64,000 bases of DNA. Origin: Candidatus Helarchaeota archaeon (GTDB taxonomy: Archaea; Asgardarchaeota; Lokiarchaeia; Helarchaeales; RDOG01). The number at the start of each line of letters is the position of its first letter. Within the stretch, counting starts at the first letter, position 1. The notes beneath the pieces were generated by a model, which worked only from the letters and a program-made list of their open reading frames with translations, was not told where the DNA came from and did no database searches. The DNA lies in the NCBI GenBank assembly GCA_029838215.1, contig JALGVI010000006.1, positions 27,698 to 91,697 of the forward strand, read 5' to 3'. The position numbers and the translations under genes are program-made. Positions 63,886 through 64,000 of the stretch are shown one piece after another.

Positions 63886-64000
63886 TTTTTTGATTTTCTT
63901 CCGAAAAAAAACACCGAATTCGAGATTTTCGTTTGGTCTTCCACAGATTTGTGTAGATCCTTGCTCAATGGAAAAAATTTAAGTAAATTTTAAGAATTAA

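Noticed and set aside
1-64000. tRNA, rRNA or other structured RNA genes
   Set aside because: I scanned all intergenic gaps longer than 100 nt for the GC-rich islands that structured RNAs form in AT-rich archaeal genomes and found none. A tRNAscan/Infernal run would be needed to be certain.

Overview
AT-rich archaeal chromosomal segment with about 60 protein-coding genes and no rRNA, tRNA or CRISPR array that I could recognise. A TATA-box-binding protein gene (46908..47468) shows the archaeal identity directly. A Ras/Rab-like small GTPase, PAS-only sensors and 2-hydroxyacyl-CoA dehydratase genes suggest an Asgard (Lokiarchaeia-like) host, but that is inference only. Most of the window is ordinary metabolism and transport: an acyl-CoA ligase next to a 2-hydroxyacyl-CoA dehydratase pair; a glmS plus two phosphohexomutase cluster; an ABC importer; a TPP enzyme, a radical SAM enzyme and several hydrolases. 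The stand-out is a ~10-kb accessory island (15.0-25.3 kb) carrying four DNA methyltransferases (MTases) and no recognisable restriction nuclease. It has four notable parts. (i) An overlapping Dam-like plus beta-class MTase pair. (ii) An alkaline-phosphatase-superfamily (NPP/PglZ-clan) enzyme tightly coupled to an Eco57I/PglX-like MTase, which looks like a minimal BREX-like module. (iii) An ABC-type ATPase plus a 156-aa Toprim-like protein, resembling a split OLD/PARIS-like pair, followed on the same strand by an unknown protein and a second beta-class MTase. (iv) A lysine-rich tandem-repeat tail on that unknown protein whose reading frame can be kept open only by two successive -1 shifts, each at an in-phase A_AAA_AAG heptamer. 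Other points worth checking: two paralogous winged-HTH proteins with a C-x-CC-x-CCC cluster and ferredoxin motifs; tandem output-less multi-PAS paralogs with a CH...CxxCP insert; a PEP-utilising enzyme split into separate TIM-barrel and swivel genes; an interrupted PurM-like gene; and a small GTPase with His in place of the catalytic Gln. All family calls come from motifs read by eye. No database search was run.
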